Shown here piece by piece: positions 26,254 through 42,807 of a DNA stretch of 64,000 nucleotides (the first letter of the stretch is position 1; each line of letters opens with the position of its first letter). Under the pieces are notes generated by a model. It saw only the letters and a list, made by a program, of their open reading frames with translations. It had not been told where the DNA came from and ran no database searches. Position numbers and translations under genes: made by a program. Source of the DNA: Octopus bimaculoides (lineage: Eukaryota); the NCBI RefSeq assembly GCF_001194135.2, contig NC_068986.1:115780070-115844069 (forward strand). The letters run 5' to 3'.

Positions 26254-26839
26254 GTACAACAGAGTTAGACTGTATTAACAAACTGTAGCCAATAACAACA
26301 CGTCAGTCATTAAATGATAATCAGGTCAAGCTACAGCACAGCCATGGTTATTAACATAATGTGTTATGTTGAAAGGGATTTTGCAAGGCTTGGCTCAACC
26401 AGAATTCGTTGAGCAATTTTCTACAGGCAGATGGAGCTTCCTATTTACCAACCTTCAACTGTTTCCAAACAAATATTTCCCTGTGGCTGGATGTGTTTTC
26501 ATGATGAACCAGAAACACATGCAACCACTTGTATGATGGTGGTGACAACCATCTTGTAACATGGAGACACATACACAAGTACACATACACACATGTATAC
26601 ATACATGCATACATTGATTCGTTTATAGTGATCAAATGTTTGTGTTCACATAAGCTCACTCTCTCCATCAAATCGATATTACCTGTACAGGTGCACTATG
26701 TGACATATGTCAGATGATGAAACGATCACAGAGCAACGTGAAATGAAGTGCCTTGTTCAAGAACACAACACAACACCCAGTCTGGGAATCGAAACCACGA
26801 CCTCGCATCGTGAGTGCAACACCCTAACCACTAAGCCAT

Positions 26840-26959
<120 letters not shown>

Positions 26960-27399
26960 TAGTTGAAAATACACACAGCCCATGGCTATAATATAGTAGA
27001 AGACATTTGCCCAAGGGGCAACACAATGGAACTGAACCCAAAACCATGTGGTTGGGAAGCAACCTTCTTAACCACACAGCCATGCTGTTCTTGTACCATC
27101 TGTTTCCCAGTTTTTAAAGTAACCACACTATATCCTTCTGCCGTGTAAGACATCACTGAAAAGGTTGGCCTCGGGTAAGGCAATTAGCTGCAAAACACCG
27201 GATCAAAAAGTCCCATCCAACACATGCCATCATGGAAAAGCAGATGTAAAAACAATAAATAAAGTCACAGATGTCATTAGCGGTTGCAGTAGAAGTTGGT
27301 GATGATGGTATATTCCTGTTTGACAAAAGCTTCTGGAGCGAGGGAGGGAGGGCCTGGGGGTATGGATATGTAGACATCATAAAGCCAAGATAGTAACTA

Positions 27400-28343
<944 letters not shown>

Positions 28344-28346
28344 TCA

Positions 28347-28469
<123 letters not shown>

Positions 28470-28471
28470 TT

Positions 28472-28503
<32 letters not shown>

Positions 28504-29126
28504 TATTACTACAACAACAACAATCCAACTCCATATTATCCAGATACACAACATAACACAATCATTACACAGAATATACACAAGAATAATCCCCACTGCT
28601 TTAGCAAAGAAAACGGCTTTAACACGTTGTGTTGTATAGCTGTGTGTACATTTAACACAGATATGTATGTATAAAACTCTTAGCAAAGGAAGCAGTGTTA
28701 ATAGCAAATGACAATCTTTGTACCCTCCATATTAGAATGCCATATACAGCAGGATTCACCTTGCGAGATCCTCTCATAGAAAAGTACAAAGAGCAATGAC
28801 AAATATTGCTAGCAGATGACAACCATTTGGCATGGGTGCCAGAACAGCCAAATCATGTAATTTCATCATACACGCACGTCTTCAGTGACAGGCATCCACT
28901 CACCTCGTGCCAGCCAAATCTCACTGCTGATATATAGAATAACAGTAACTGTTCAGTCATTGATGTCACAAATAGTCAGCTGGCTTATTAAAAGATAAAT
29001 ACTAGTGACAGAAGCAGCATTAATACAGAATAGCACTGTAGGTCTCTATGAGAGGGTCTCACAACGCAAATACAACGACATACAGCATTCTAATAATACA
29101 TTCATATTAAGTAGGATAAAAGCATT

Positions 29127-29294
29127 GGAGTGGCTGTATGGTAAGTAGCTTGCTTACGAACCACATGGTTCCAGGTTCAGTCCCACTGCGTGGCACCTTG
29201 GGCAAATGTCTTTCAACTATAGCCTTGGGCTGACCAAAGCCTTGTGAGTAGATTTGGTAGACGGAAACTGAAAGAAGCCCATCGTATATATGTA

Positions 29295-29365
<71 letters not shown>

Positions 29366-29485
29366 GTTTGTGTGTTTGTGTTTGTCTCCCCCAACATCGC
29401 TTGACAACCGATGCTGTGTTTACGTCCCCGTAACTTAGCGGTTCAGCATAAGAGACCGATAGAACAAATAAAAGAGTTAAAAGAG
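29127..29485 (+). mobile_element. SINE family A (3' internal deletion)
   Basis: Matches 17441-17890. Confidence 0.85.
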
Positions 29486-29757
29486 TATATACACACACAC
29501 ACACACATATGTACACACATATCATCATTGTTTTAAAGTCCATCTTTCCATATTTGCATATGTCAGACAAGTTTTATTGAAAGCATAACAGTATTATTGT
29601 CTCCTACAAAGCGCCAAATAGTGTCATTGCACTTCTGCATCCAGGGAATCAACACACTATAAACATACATACATCTTCATAGAAAGGGATGATACAGTGA
29701 GAGACAGAGAAACAAAGACGGGGGNNNNNNNNNNAAGACGGGGGGGGGGGAGGTTAC

Positions 29758-29988
29758 CTTCTCCCTGCGTGCAGCACAGAACTGTATCCAACTGAAGTAG
29801 ACATTACAGAAACTGTTTCTTGTGATTCCTAATAGCCGGCTATCATAATCATCATCAACATGAGCATTGAAGGTGGGGTCAAGGTCAACGTAGTCGTTAC
29901 ACTGGAGTGGCGCAAGGGCCACGCGTAGCTCTTCATTCTGGCTCCACTGGTCGAGACAAGGGGAACGTACTGTGTAGTATATGATACT
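29758..29988 (-). CDS. PCNX: pecanex exon 23
   Basis: SIIYY..YVDLDPTFNAHVDDDYDSRLLGITRNSFC..WIQFCAARREK; phase 0 to 0. Confidence 0.96.
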
Positions 29989-30434
29989 CTGAAATAGAAA
30001 ACATAGATGGCGCTGGTTAGTGTATGAAGTCAAGGACTATGGGAGGGGGTTTAAAGGGCACAGCTACAAAGAGGAGTCCTGCAGGGAGGGGATAGCAGAT
30101 GTAGGGGTTGTCAGGGAACATGGATATAAAGGGTCACATTTGCTCAACCTGTAAGGGCCACAGTAATGCAACCCCATAATAAAGCACAAATACTACTCAG
30201 TAAACACTATACTATGACACTGACCACTACAACAGTATAGTAGTGACTACTATACAACAACCACTACAACAACAGCCCAGTGGCCATTACACTACAACAC
30301 CCATTACTACAGTGAATGACTGGTATACTACAACCCATGCCACTACAATAATCAATAAAGTAACTGCCATACTACCACACTTACAACTACTATACCCTAG
30401 TGACTGCTACACTACCGCAACCCAGTCACCACTA

Positions 30435-30803
<369 letters not shown>

Positions 30804-31417
30804 TTAGTGACTTGTGTTGTGTGAGGCTGGATGGTGGTGGTGGTAGTGGTGGTGGTGGCTGTGTTGTCAAAGATGTTGTGGTGTGGAAGTGCAGTGTGGT
30901 AGTAGTGACTGCATCATGTGGTTTGATATGCAGTGTAGGTGGTGGTGGTGGTGGTGGTAGTGAAGTGTGATGGTGTTACATACAGAAATGGTTCAAATAC
31001 ATGTTGTGCCACATACAAAGCAGGTGAGTGACTCACATGTCACTAAGTGCCATAAGCTCAAAGATATCTCTGCGTCACTGACACATTGCTGGCACTGTGT
31101 GCTGTATGCACAACATAATTGTGACTCTGGCAAAGAGTTGTTACTATGTGCCATACATAGTAGTGCCACTGTGTACTATGCATAGAGTAGTGATACAAAG
31201 TGTGGAGAGTCACAATGTGCCATTTACACACAGTTGTGATTCAATACACAGTGTGTCACACGCATACAGCAGTAACTTAGACAGAGTGGTGTCACAGCAT
31301 GCTGTATACACACAGCAGTGATCTAGACACAGTGAGGTGTCGCAGTGTGCCATAAGGACCCAGACAGTATATGGTGACACATTTTGACAATATAAGAAAC
31401 TACAAACACAATTTTAC

Positions 31418-31477
31418 CTTCATCGTTGTTGACTTCTTCTGTGATAGCTTCCACTTCTCTCTGTTGGCAGTAGGTCC
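31418..31477 (-). CDS. PCNX: pecanex exon 21
   Basis: TYCQQREVEAITEEVNNDE; phase 1 to 1. Confidence 0.95.
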
Positions 31478-31739
31478 CTGGAGGGGAATAAATAGAACAC
31501 AGTAATTACAATGGGTCCCTGGAGGGGAGTAAATAAAAAGCATAATTACAACTACTAGATTTTGGTGTTGATTCCAACCTACACCCAACCTGACACTACC
31601 CGCAAAACCCTACGAAGGGTCTGTATGTGGGTACAAAGACGAAGAAAAGGGTGAGATGGAGGGAGCAATAATGATGCATTTTGTTCCAGAAGATAAATTT
31701 AAGGACATATTTGAGATTATGTCAGTGCATGGTTGCAAG

Positions 31740-31856
31740 GCATTACACACATACAGGCCCACGCACAACACACACAGGCTCATGCACAACACACACAGAG
31801 GCCCATGCACAACACACAGGCTCATGCACAACACACACAGAGGCTCATGCACATCA

Positions 31857-31891
<35 letters not shown>

Positions 31892-32070
31892 GCTCATACA
31901 TAATACACACACAGGCCCACGCACAACACACACACACACACAGGCTCACGCACAACACACACAGGCTCACGCACAACACACACACACAGAGGCCCACACA
32001 CAACACACAGAGGCTCATGCACTGAGACATACACACGCACACACACAGGCTCATGCACAACACACACACA
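31740..32070. repeat. Minisatellite (CA-rich, aggctcatgcacaacacac core)
   Basis: Roughly a dozen imperfect ~20-30-bp units separated only by CA runs. Confidence 0.9.
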
Positions 32071-32660
32071 TTGATAAATAAATGAAATGACAAAAAAAAA
32101 AAACAGGAGTTCATAATAACATACATTGGCATACAGCTGTTTATGCTACGAGATTTGTACACCCAAAATTTAGATGATACAGCTTCATCAGAGTATGAAC
32201 ATGTACATAAACACACACACAGAACAGAGGACAGATGCAGGTCCAAGTGTGGACACATTAGTATATGACTGACCTCTTCTGTCAGGGGACACATATAAAT
32301 ATATATCTAGGGTTTTACACACACCACAGCATCTATGCCTTCTCTAACTCTAATAGAAATAGCAGCCAAATTTCTTCCAAAGCACATTGTTCCATCTTAA
32401 CAATGGGTAACAAAGATACATCGGATGTTGTGGTTGTAAATGAATTGTCATCATCATCATCATCGTCATTTAATGTCTGCTTTCCATGCTGGCATGGGTT
32501 GGACGGTTTGACCAAGGACTGGTGAGCCAGAAGCTGCACCCTAGACAAAAAAAAAATCGGAATAGTTGTGGTTGGAACATGGACGTCAGATGATGATGAA
32601 GACTAATGTCTAAATAGAGAGTTTCTCAGCAAGAATTGGTTTAAGGCCCCATAGTTCTTA

Positions 32661-33044
<384 letters not shown>

Positions 33045-33783
33045 TTAGATAGAGATGGTGAAGTGATAGGAAAACAACAGCAGCAATAATAACAACAACA
33101 ACAACAGCAGTAGTAACAACTATCAAGGGACCTTATATGTGGTCATTCGAACTGTTAGAAACAACAGCCAGATTTACTCTAAATCATACCCAGTATGCAG
33201 AGAAAGGGATTGGGACTGTGGCCCTTAAACTCTCCACCTTCCATGAAGGATGGATTTTGACACTGTTTAGCACTGTCTCCCTTCAACAGTTGCAGGAAAA
33301 ACAAGGGAGCCCATAGGTAGGCAGTGTGGCATGGTTTCACAGGCCAAACATATCAAGTACATTACTAATGTCGTGTGCAAGAGTTGAATGAGGGCTGACT
33401 TGGGGCAAAACAACAACACTATTAAGGTACCCAATACTGTCGAGAGTAAAGAGGTAAGAAGCAATTGTAGTCGCTTCCTTTCCCTAATGATGCCACTGTG
33501 CATGAGAACAGCATCAACATCACAGATTCATATTTAATCATCTTTATGAATCAAATGATTTGACTACACAAAGGAAATCAGGGCAATAGCTTACCGGAAT
33601 CGGTAGAGCATCAGACAAAGTGTCTCTGATGTTTAGTTAAGGTTGCTTGTATGGACAAAGGGGTAAGGGTGCAAGGGAGGGAACTCTAACAGTCACGAGT
33701 AGTAGTATTAGTAGCAGCAGCAATAATAATAATAATATCATCATCATCATCATCACAAGTATCAAGTAGAACATAGAACTGAC

Positions 33784-33842
33784 CTGGATTGCGCTCCAGT
33801 TGAGATGCTAAACACGTATTGCTATGATCAACTCTTTTGGTG
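33784..33842 (-). CDS. PCNX: pecanex exon 19
   Basis: TKRVDHSNTCLASQLERNP; phase 2 to 1. Confidence 0.95.
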
Positions 33843-34290
33843 CTGAAATAGAGAAGAATGGCTGGCATTAGATGAGCGTCTTGGAGCAGTTTGGGCATGG
33901 GTTATATTAAAGTTTTGTTTTTACAGAATGAAGTGGGAGAGTCTTGTCTCAAAAAGATGGAATGAAAAGTCATGTCTAACATGACAGAATGAAGAACCTT
34001 GGTTAATATAGCAGAGCAGGGAGTCCTGGTTAAATGGATTGGAGAGTCTAGTTTAATAATGTAGAGTGGAGAGTCTTATCTAATAGAAGTGAACTAGAGT
34101 AAAGATATTTGGAATTTTAAAAAAAAGTGTACAGAATCAAATTTTTGTTGGGTGACAAGTTGTTTTGATATTTCTTTGAGAATTGTAAAGAAACATAAAA
34201 AAGCACAGAGTTGATGAATAGAAACATTCTCTGCCACCTTTCAATTCACAACTCACCTCAAACTTATTCCCTCGCATATACATGCATATA

Positions 34291-35321
34291 CTGTAAAAAC
34301 CCATGTAATTTACGCACTTTTTTACACAAAAGTAAAAATAAACTTTAGGGGTGCGTAAATTACATCAGAAGATTGTTTCGAGAATTTGTTTTGAAATTTT
34401 TTGTTGTTGAAAAAAGACGTACAAAATGTAAAAATTCATACCAGAAGTTGATTCATTTAATGTCAGAATAAGTTTTTACAGAAAAAATAATGGCTTAGAT
34501 TACACGTAATGAAGTTGACTTTTATTTATGATGGACAGTATAATGCTTACTTTTTCTGTATAAATTTACTAAAACCACTAAATGGTTAACTAGTTTCTGA
34601 AGTCTGACATTCTTGCTGGTAAACACGGTCCGGGCCATATTTTACACTGCTTGAAGTTTCTGCCTATCACAATGGAGCACATATTTAATTCTTCCTTCAC
34701 GATTCATAAATTCTGCCCATGCTGACAATAATGGTAATGACAAATTTGAAAGTTTGCTTGACATTTTATAAATGTGAAAGGGATTAAGATTTCGATACTC
34801 CATATTAAAGGTTCCGACAAGAATAGGCAGAAAAGAATTCTGTTCACATAATCAACTTGATCAGTCACCTTCCTCTGTCAGTTGAGTAAAGTGTCATCCA
34901 AGCTGATGTTTATTGGTAATTAAACTTAATTTGCAACACCTGTGCATATTTATCAGCTTTGTTTTTGTTGGTAATTCTTATCAACAACTTTTCCAGCAGT
35001 ATGCTAAAGACCGGACATAATCTCTTGTGGGCAAGAAACGTAAAATAAGCTTTAATATAAACAACACAAACAGACTGTGACTTAATAGCTTTCAATGTGA
35101 TACCTGGTAAACAGAAATTATTTGTATTTAATGAAAAGTTAATAAAATCTAATCAGAAGTAAATGAAATTATGCTAAATACAACTAAATTGAAAACCATT
35201 TTCCCCTGGCTATATTGGCAATTCTTAAAACTTTTAGGTGCAAATTTTACATTAGTAGAAGCTTTTTTTTAACAAATTTTATCCTGTAAATCACCTGCGT
35301 AAATTACATGGGCTTTTACGG
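34291..35321. mobile_element. Non-autonomous Tc1/mariner (pogo-like) DNA transposon
   Basis: TIRs ctgtaaaaacccatgtaatttacgca / tgcgtaaattacatgggcttttacgg, flanked by TA at 34289-34290 and 35322-35323; no intact transposase seen. Confidence 0.85.
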
Positions 35322-35448
35322 TATATATTTATAAGTCATTAATATATATATATGCACACACACACTTTCTTACATCTTATTCTCTCTTTCTCTCTCTCTC
35401 TCTCTCTCTTCACCACCCCAATCTCTTCATCATACTCTTCCTTTTCCC

Positions 35449-35487
<39 letters not shown>

Positions 35488-35613
35488 CAGTTACTTTCAC
35501 TTCTGCTCCACACACTCTCTCCACAATATTCGCTCTCCCTGCCTCACTCCCTCCAACCACACAGCTTCTTCCTCCTCCTCCTCCTCCTCCACCACCACCA
35601 CCACTGCTACTTA

Positions 35614-35793
<180 letters not shown>

Positions 35794-36149
35794 TTACCCA
35801 CATACATATACATCATTGCTTTGCCCAGATTTTCCATGCTGGCATGGGTTGGACAAGACCTACAGAAACAGTACTCTACAGCTGCATGTTTTTGCTGTTG
35901 ATGGTGACTGTAAATAACATTGGTTGATTCTACAGAGATTCATGTTTGGTGACTATAACAGGAGTTTACATTAGAGTATTCTTAACCCTGTCAAGCCATG
36001 TTCTAGTCACAGCAAGAATAGTTTCAATCAAATTCCCACTTAAGTGGTAAATCAACAACACATGTAAAAAAAAAAGAAGTTAAAATACAAAAAATAGACA
36101 ACGGATAACATTACAGTTTTGTAGTCAAGTGTGTTTATAATAATAATAA

Positions 36150-37218
36150 TACCTAGATGACCAAGTGAGTAGCGTGTGGATGCTCTGAGAGCATAGCTGC
36201 TAGAATAAGAATAGCCTGGGCAAAGTTCAGAGAGCTCCTACCTCTGTTGGCAACAAAAGGCCTCTTGCTCAGAGTGAAAGGTAGACTGTATGAGGCATGT
36301 GTGCCAACAGCCATGCTACATGGCAGTGAAACATGGGTCATGACTGCTGAGGACAGGTGTAGGATTGAAAGAAATGAAGCTAGTATGCTCCGCTGGATGT
36401 GAATTGTCAGTGCGCATATACGACAGAGTGTAAGTGCCCTGAGAGAAAAGTTGGACATAAGAAGCATCAGATGTGGTGTGCAAGGGAGAGACGACTGGGC
36501 TGGTATGGTCATGTGTTACATACGGATGAGGACAGCTGTGTGAGGAAGTGTTACACCCTAACTGTGGAAGGAACCTATGGAAGAGGTAGACACAGGAAGA
36601 CCTGGGATGAGGTGGTGAAGCACAACCTTTGAACATTGGGCCTCACAGAGGCAATGACAAGCGACTGAGACCTTTGGAGATATGCTGTGCTTGAGAAGAC
36701 CCGGGAAGTAAAGTGAGATTGCAGCTGTGGCCAACGCCAGTGTTACATAACTGGCCTATTAAAAAGTACCCTTGAAGCGTCAGGTGATATGATGTGCTTG
36801 AGAAAACCCAGCAAGCCAAGTGAGACCGTAACTGTGGCCAATGCCAGTGCAGCATAACCAGCCCATTTAAGAGTACTCTTCAATCATTGGGCAATAAACT
36901 GTGATTGCAAGGACCTGTTGAATCAAGTGAAGTCATTGTCAAGGCTGATGCCAGACCCACTGAACTGGCATCCGTGCCAGTGGCACGTAAAAAGCACCAT
37001 ACGAACATGGTTGATGCCAGTGCCACCCGACTGGCTCCTATGCCGGTGACACATTCACTACACTCTCAGAGTGGTTGGCGTTAGGAAGGGCATCCAGCTG
37101 TAGAAACTCTGCCAAATCAGATTGGAGCCTGGTGCAGCCTCCTGGCTTACCAGTCCTCAGTCAAAACTGTCCAACCCATGCCAGCATGGAAAGCAGATGT
37201 TAAACGATAATGATGATG
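36150..37218 (+). mobile_element. 5'-truncated RTE-clade LINE (ORF C-terminus, 3'UTR, (GAT)n tail)
   Basis: GCSESIAARIRIAWAKFRELLPLL..KGRLYEACV..LHGSETW..ERRLGWYGHV..GRGRHRKTW, with stops and a frameshift; 3'UTR ends taaacgataatgatgat. Confidence 0.92.
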
Positions 37219-37239
37219 AATGAAATTATTGTATATAGT

Positions 37240-37580
37240 GCTCAGGTGCACTACAACTCATCAAAGGTGCATGTACAGTACATAGAACTATGTACAAAAG
37301 AAAGGAAAGTGAACAGTGATTGAGTCATGATATACAGGTGTGCTTGCGTATGGAGTAGTGGGGGGGGGATATCAGGTGTAGTGTTGATGAATTTCAGGAA
37401 GCATGGAGGTTTTAAAGGATGCAATGTCTCGGCAACTAACAACTGATGCAGTTAGTTTGTTCCATGCTTCAGCAACTCGGAGTGTGAAAAAATGTTTCTG
37501 AAAGTCATGGGAGCCATGCTGTTTTCTGACTTTGTAAACTTGCCCACACGTGTTAGACACATGGAGCTCAAAAAGGTGTT
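37240..37580 (-). mobile_element. CR1-clade LINE 3' end
   Basis: GQVYKVRK..KHFFTLRVAEAWNKL..VVSC...SFK matches the CR1 C-terminal 'KxFFSxRVVxxWNxLP' motif. Confidence 0.8.
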
Positions 37581-38065
37581 CAAGGGGGTTGTTGGTGCAA
37601 TGGACTCACTGTTAATGGTGTCTCTCATAACTGTCGTTCATTTATGCTTTTAATTGTAAAAATGCCGATTTTGTAATGTAATAAACATGTGGTGAGGCCA
37701 GCACTTCATCTTGTAAATGAGCAAATCCTAGACTCTTTGGATTTGGGGAAAATATTTGTCAATATTTATTCTTCAGATAAAGAGTTTACACTTACACTGA
37801 CAATGAGAGAGATTCAAACAATCAAACGAGTGAAAGCAATGAAGAAAGTAGCAATTCAGGTGAACAAATACAGTAGTTGAGAGAAAGGCTTAAAAATTAT
37901 TCTCCAGCATTTTTCTTTTTTTTTGCAATTCTGTCAATTAGTTTGCTTAATAAATACAGTAGTAGTGAGAGATGGTCCTATTGTTGTTATTCTCCTGAAT
38001 ATTTTGTTATTCTATCCATTATTTTGCCTGCAGTCGTTACTCTTGAGCTGCATTTATTTATTCAC

Positions 38066-38825
<760 letters not shown>

Positions 38826-38874
38826 TTAGACAGAAATTCACTTTCAGTTAGGATATCAAACCCTTCCTGTAGGA

Positions 38875-39164
38875 CAGTGCTTCTCAAACAATCCAATGTG
38901 GCGTATCAGCATTTTTTTTCCCCAATGTGCCAGGGCGGTAATATTTCTTACAAATATTAATTTATACCGGAAACAATATATATAATGAATATAATGAAAG
39001 TTGACAATTTTTTTTTTATTTTATATTTATTTTGTAAACAAATAATACACTATTTCATAAGCATTTTATAATGTTTCTTTCTTTTCTGGAAATTCGCCGC
39101 GTACCGGCAGCTGATGGCTCGCAGACCAGTGCCAGTCTGCGGACCACCACTTTGAGGTGCACTG
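38875..39164. mobile_element. hAT-family MITE
   Basis: TIRs cagtgcttctcaaa / tttgaggtgcactg; 8-bp TSD ctgtagga (38867-38874) / ctgtaggc (39165-39172). Confidence 0.88.
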
Positions 39165-39500
39165 CTGTAGGCAACCCTCACCTGCAAAACAGGTGAGAGA
39201 TTTTATATATTCCACATGACTTTGAAAGCATAGATTGATTGATCCCAATGTGAACAAGAAATGTCAACATTGCCACAACTTCACTCAAATGGTGATGAGC
39301 AAAATATCAAGATTCTTGCATACACACGCATACATACATACATAGAAACAATGGGCTTCTTTCCAGTTTCCACTGCCCTATTTCATTTTCACTCACAAGG
39401 TATTTGGGTCAACTCGCAGCTGTAGTAGAAGACATCAGCCAACAGCATCCACACAGTGGGACTGAACCCTGACTACATGGTTCTGAAGTGAACTGTCTGC

Positions 39501-39549
<49 letters not shown>

Positions 39550-39706
39550 CACACATATGCGTACACACACACACACACACGCAACAGAACTCAGTAGTTC
39601 ACTGATTAAGCATTTCTATCAGGACAGCAATTTTTAAAAAAAACCAATAATGCCGTTTCACAATTACTAAACAATTAGAAAGAGAGAGAGGAGGGGGGGC
39701 ACCTAC

Positions 39707-39884
39707 CTTACAAAACAGGATTGATATGACGAAGTAGTCCAAAAGGAATGTCTCTGAGGCTGCCTTGTAGTCATATTTGAAGAAGAGAACGGTGAATGCC
39801 AAGATCATATGCTGTTTGAGTGTGTCGGAGAAAGCAAATCTTAGCAGTTTCAGGCCACACACCACCACAATCACAGAACCAAAA
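39707..39884 (-). CDS. PCNX: pecanex exon 16
   Basis: FGSVIVVVCGLKLLRFAFSD..FTVLFFKYDY..SETFLLDYFVISILFCK; phase 2 to 0. Confidence 0.95.
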
Positions 39885-40356
39885 CTGGAAATACAGAAAA
39901 CATGACATATTAAGGCACTGCTTGGATGCACATCAATGCTGCTGCACCTAACAGAAGAACAGAATGAAATAAAACAACATACAACTCATGCAAACACAGC
40001 AGACAAATATCCATTATCATCATCATTTAACATCCATGTCTCATGCCAACATGAATCATGGACAGTTTGACAGGTACTGATCGGTCCAAGGTGCTCCAGT
40101 GTCTGCTTTGGCATGGTTTCTTATCACTGGATGCCTCTCCTTAACAATAACGATGCCCTTCTTAATGCCATTTATTTGTTCATTTTTACATCTATTTTCC
40201 CATTCTAACCTAGATTGGACAGGGACTTAATTTGAGGCACCACTCAACACCTCCAACCCATTTCCATCACCAACTCTGGCAACCGAGTACCTGGTCTTCA
40301 GCTGCAACACATTTTACATCATAAAAACCACAACAACAACAACAAGCGTCACTTAC

Positions 40357-40492
40357 TAGAGTCCAAACTTCTTCACTAAAAGAGGTGCAGACAGTGTTAA
40401 GGCACAAAGAAAGACAACTGGGTAGACAATGTTCCGTTCCACAAAGCGTAACCATATATAGAGCTTCTCGAAACACATGATTGGTGCAGGAT
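40357..40492 (-). CDS. PCNX: pecanex exon 15
   Basis: PAPIMCFEKLYIWLRFVERNIVYPVVFL..KKFGL; phase 1 to 2. Confidence 0.94.
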
Positions 40493-40797
40493 CTGCAATA
40501 GAGAGAGACACAATGGGAGCTGTTAGGACAGCAAGGTATTACAATGGGAGCACAAGTTGTGTAATTATAGACCTGGAAGTTATGAACAGGATCTGTGAGA
40601 GAGAGAGAGGAGACAGACAGACAGACATATGATGGTAGTTGACGTGGGAAGGAAGAGAAAAAGAAGGCAACAGGTAAGTTGCATTTTATGAAGGAGATGG
40701 TAAAGGACCATGGAACTTGCCAACACACTGCACAAGACAAGACCTGCCCTCACATCCAGGAATGGTGAAACAGATGTTAAAATCTGTGTGTGTGTGT

Positions 40798-40830
<33 letters not shown>

Positions 40831-41774
40831 TAAAGTCCATTTCCCATACTTGTATGGGTTGGACAATTTGACAGGAGTTGGCAAACCAGAAGACTACACC
40901 AAACTCTACTGTGTGTTTTATCATGGTTTCTATGGCTGGTTGCCCTTCCTAATGCAAACCACTTCACAGAATGTACTGGGTGCTTTTTACGTGGCACCAA
41001 GCAGCAGTGGACCCCCTCGACAGTGGAGAGTAGTATTGAGGGAGAGAGGTGTTTAGCATTAGAAGAGAATGGGGCTTCCTCAGAAGAGGAAGAAGAGAGA
41101 AAGATGTGACAGAGATGAGGTTGGGGGGGGGGGCATACACTCAAGTTATAGTGGAGTGGACCAGGAATGGGAGAGGGTGAGTGAGTTCACAAGATTTTGA
41201 AAGGAGAGTGGGAGCTTGGTGGGGTAGGGAATTAACAGGGGCATATTGTGTGNNNNNNNNNNNNNNNNNNNNNNNNNNNNNNNNNNNNNNNNNNNNNNNN
41301 NNNNNNNNNNNNNNNNNNNNNNNNNNNNNNNNNNNNNNNNNNNNNNNNNNNNNNNNNNNNNNNNNNNNNNNNNNNNNNNNNNNNNNNNNNNNNNNNNNNN
41401 NNNNNNNNNNNNNNNNNNNNNNNNNNNNNNNNNNNNNNNNNNNNNNNNTATATATATATATATATATATATTGAAACACATCTTCATAAACCTCAAAGGG
41501 AAGAAAAAAAGAGATTCTGTAATATGACATGACCTGTTAGAAATAGCAGTCAAAATACCTTCAAATCACATCGTATTGTCTTAAAAATGAAGGACACATT
41601 GAATTGTCTTACAAATACTGTGTCCAAATGAAAGATGGGATGGTCATGGCTGTAATACCCTTGATCACATTTGCTTGCTCAGGGCAGACCTGGGGCTAAA
41701 CAGCAACAATAAAAATAAACAAAAGAAAAAGAATAAAAATGGTAAATGTGTGAAAATGGAGAAAACTGTCTTAC

Positions 41775-41925
41775 CATCTGACTCCATGTGTTTTCCTTCA
41801 TAGCTGGGTAGGATAGGGGTATAGCAGCACAGCCAGGGCATCTCTTTCCGCATCTGCGGGATTATGTAGTGAATGATGAAACCAAGAGAAGCAGCCAAGT
41901 AGCAGAGGACGTCACTGAGGTAGGG
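41775..41925 (-). CDS. PCNX: pecanex exon 14
   Basis: PYLSDVLCYLAASLGFIIHYIIPQMRKEMPWLCCYTPIL; phase 0 to 1. Confidence 0.95.
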
Positions 41926-41926
41926 C

Positions 41927-41967
<41 letters not shown>

Positions 41968-42077
41968 AAGAAGGTATTAGTGAGGGAAGGACTCAGACCT
42001 CATACCACTACTATCACTGAGAAGAGGATGGGGAGAAAGGAAGAGGGAGGTTCATACTATATATATATATATATCTA

Positions 42078-42553
42078 TATTGAGGCAAGTGAAATCGAAC
42101 TAAATTCGACGACTGGCACCCGTGCCAACGTCGTCTCCTTCATTGGACACGAAACTCAGCTTGCGAAGACTTATTGGGGCAAGCGAAAGCGAAATTGGGA
42201 TAGCACCTGTGCCCAGCGTCGCCTTTCTGGCACTTGTGCCCATGACATGTGTAAGGATTTTCAAGCGAGATCGTTGCCACTGCCCCTCGACTGACTCTTG
42301 TGCGGGTGGTACATAAAATACACCATTTTGAGCGTGGCCATTGCCAGTACCGCCTGACTGGCCTTCATGTGGGTGACACGTAAAAGCACTCACTACACTC
42401 TCTGAGTGGTTGGCTTTAGGAAGGGCATCCAGCTGTAGAAACTCTGCCAAATCAGATTGGAGCCTGGTGTTGCCATCCGGTTTCACCAGTCCTCAGTCAA
42501 ATCGTCCAACCCATGCTAGCATGGAAAGCGGACGTTAAACGATGATGATGATG
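42078..42553 (+). mobile_element. RTE 3'-end-derived repeat (family B)
   Basis: aggaagggcatccagctgtagaaactctgcc...gttaaacgatgatgat tail shared with the LINE at 36150-37218. Confidence 0.88.
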
Positions 42554-42768
42554 ATATATATAAATATATATATATCAACCCCACCACCACCATCAAAACA
42601 GTGCTGTGAAGGTGGGGAGAGGTGCATGTTAGAGAGGGGGGTTCATACCTTGTATTATTACAGTTATGTGGTTATGTAGGTAGTGAAGAGAGTCACAGAG
42701 GGAGGAGCCATGGCACCACCATCTCCCTGTAGATATGAACTACATGGAATGAGAGAGGAGAGGAGAGG

Positions 42769-42807
<39 letters not shown>

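Noticed and set aside
31740-32070. CRISPR-like repeat array
   Set aside because: Eukaryotic intron; imperfect units separated by CA runs, not unique spacers; it is a minisatellite
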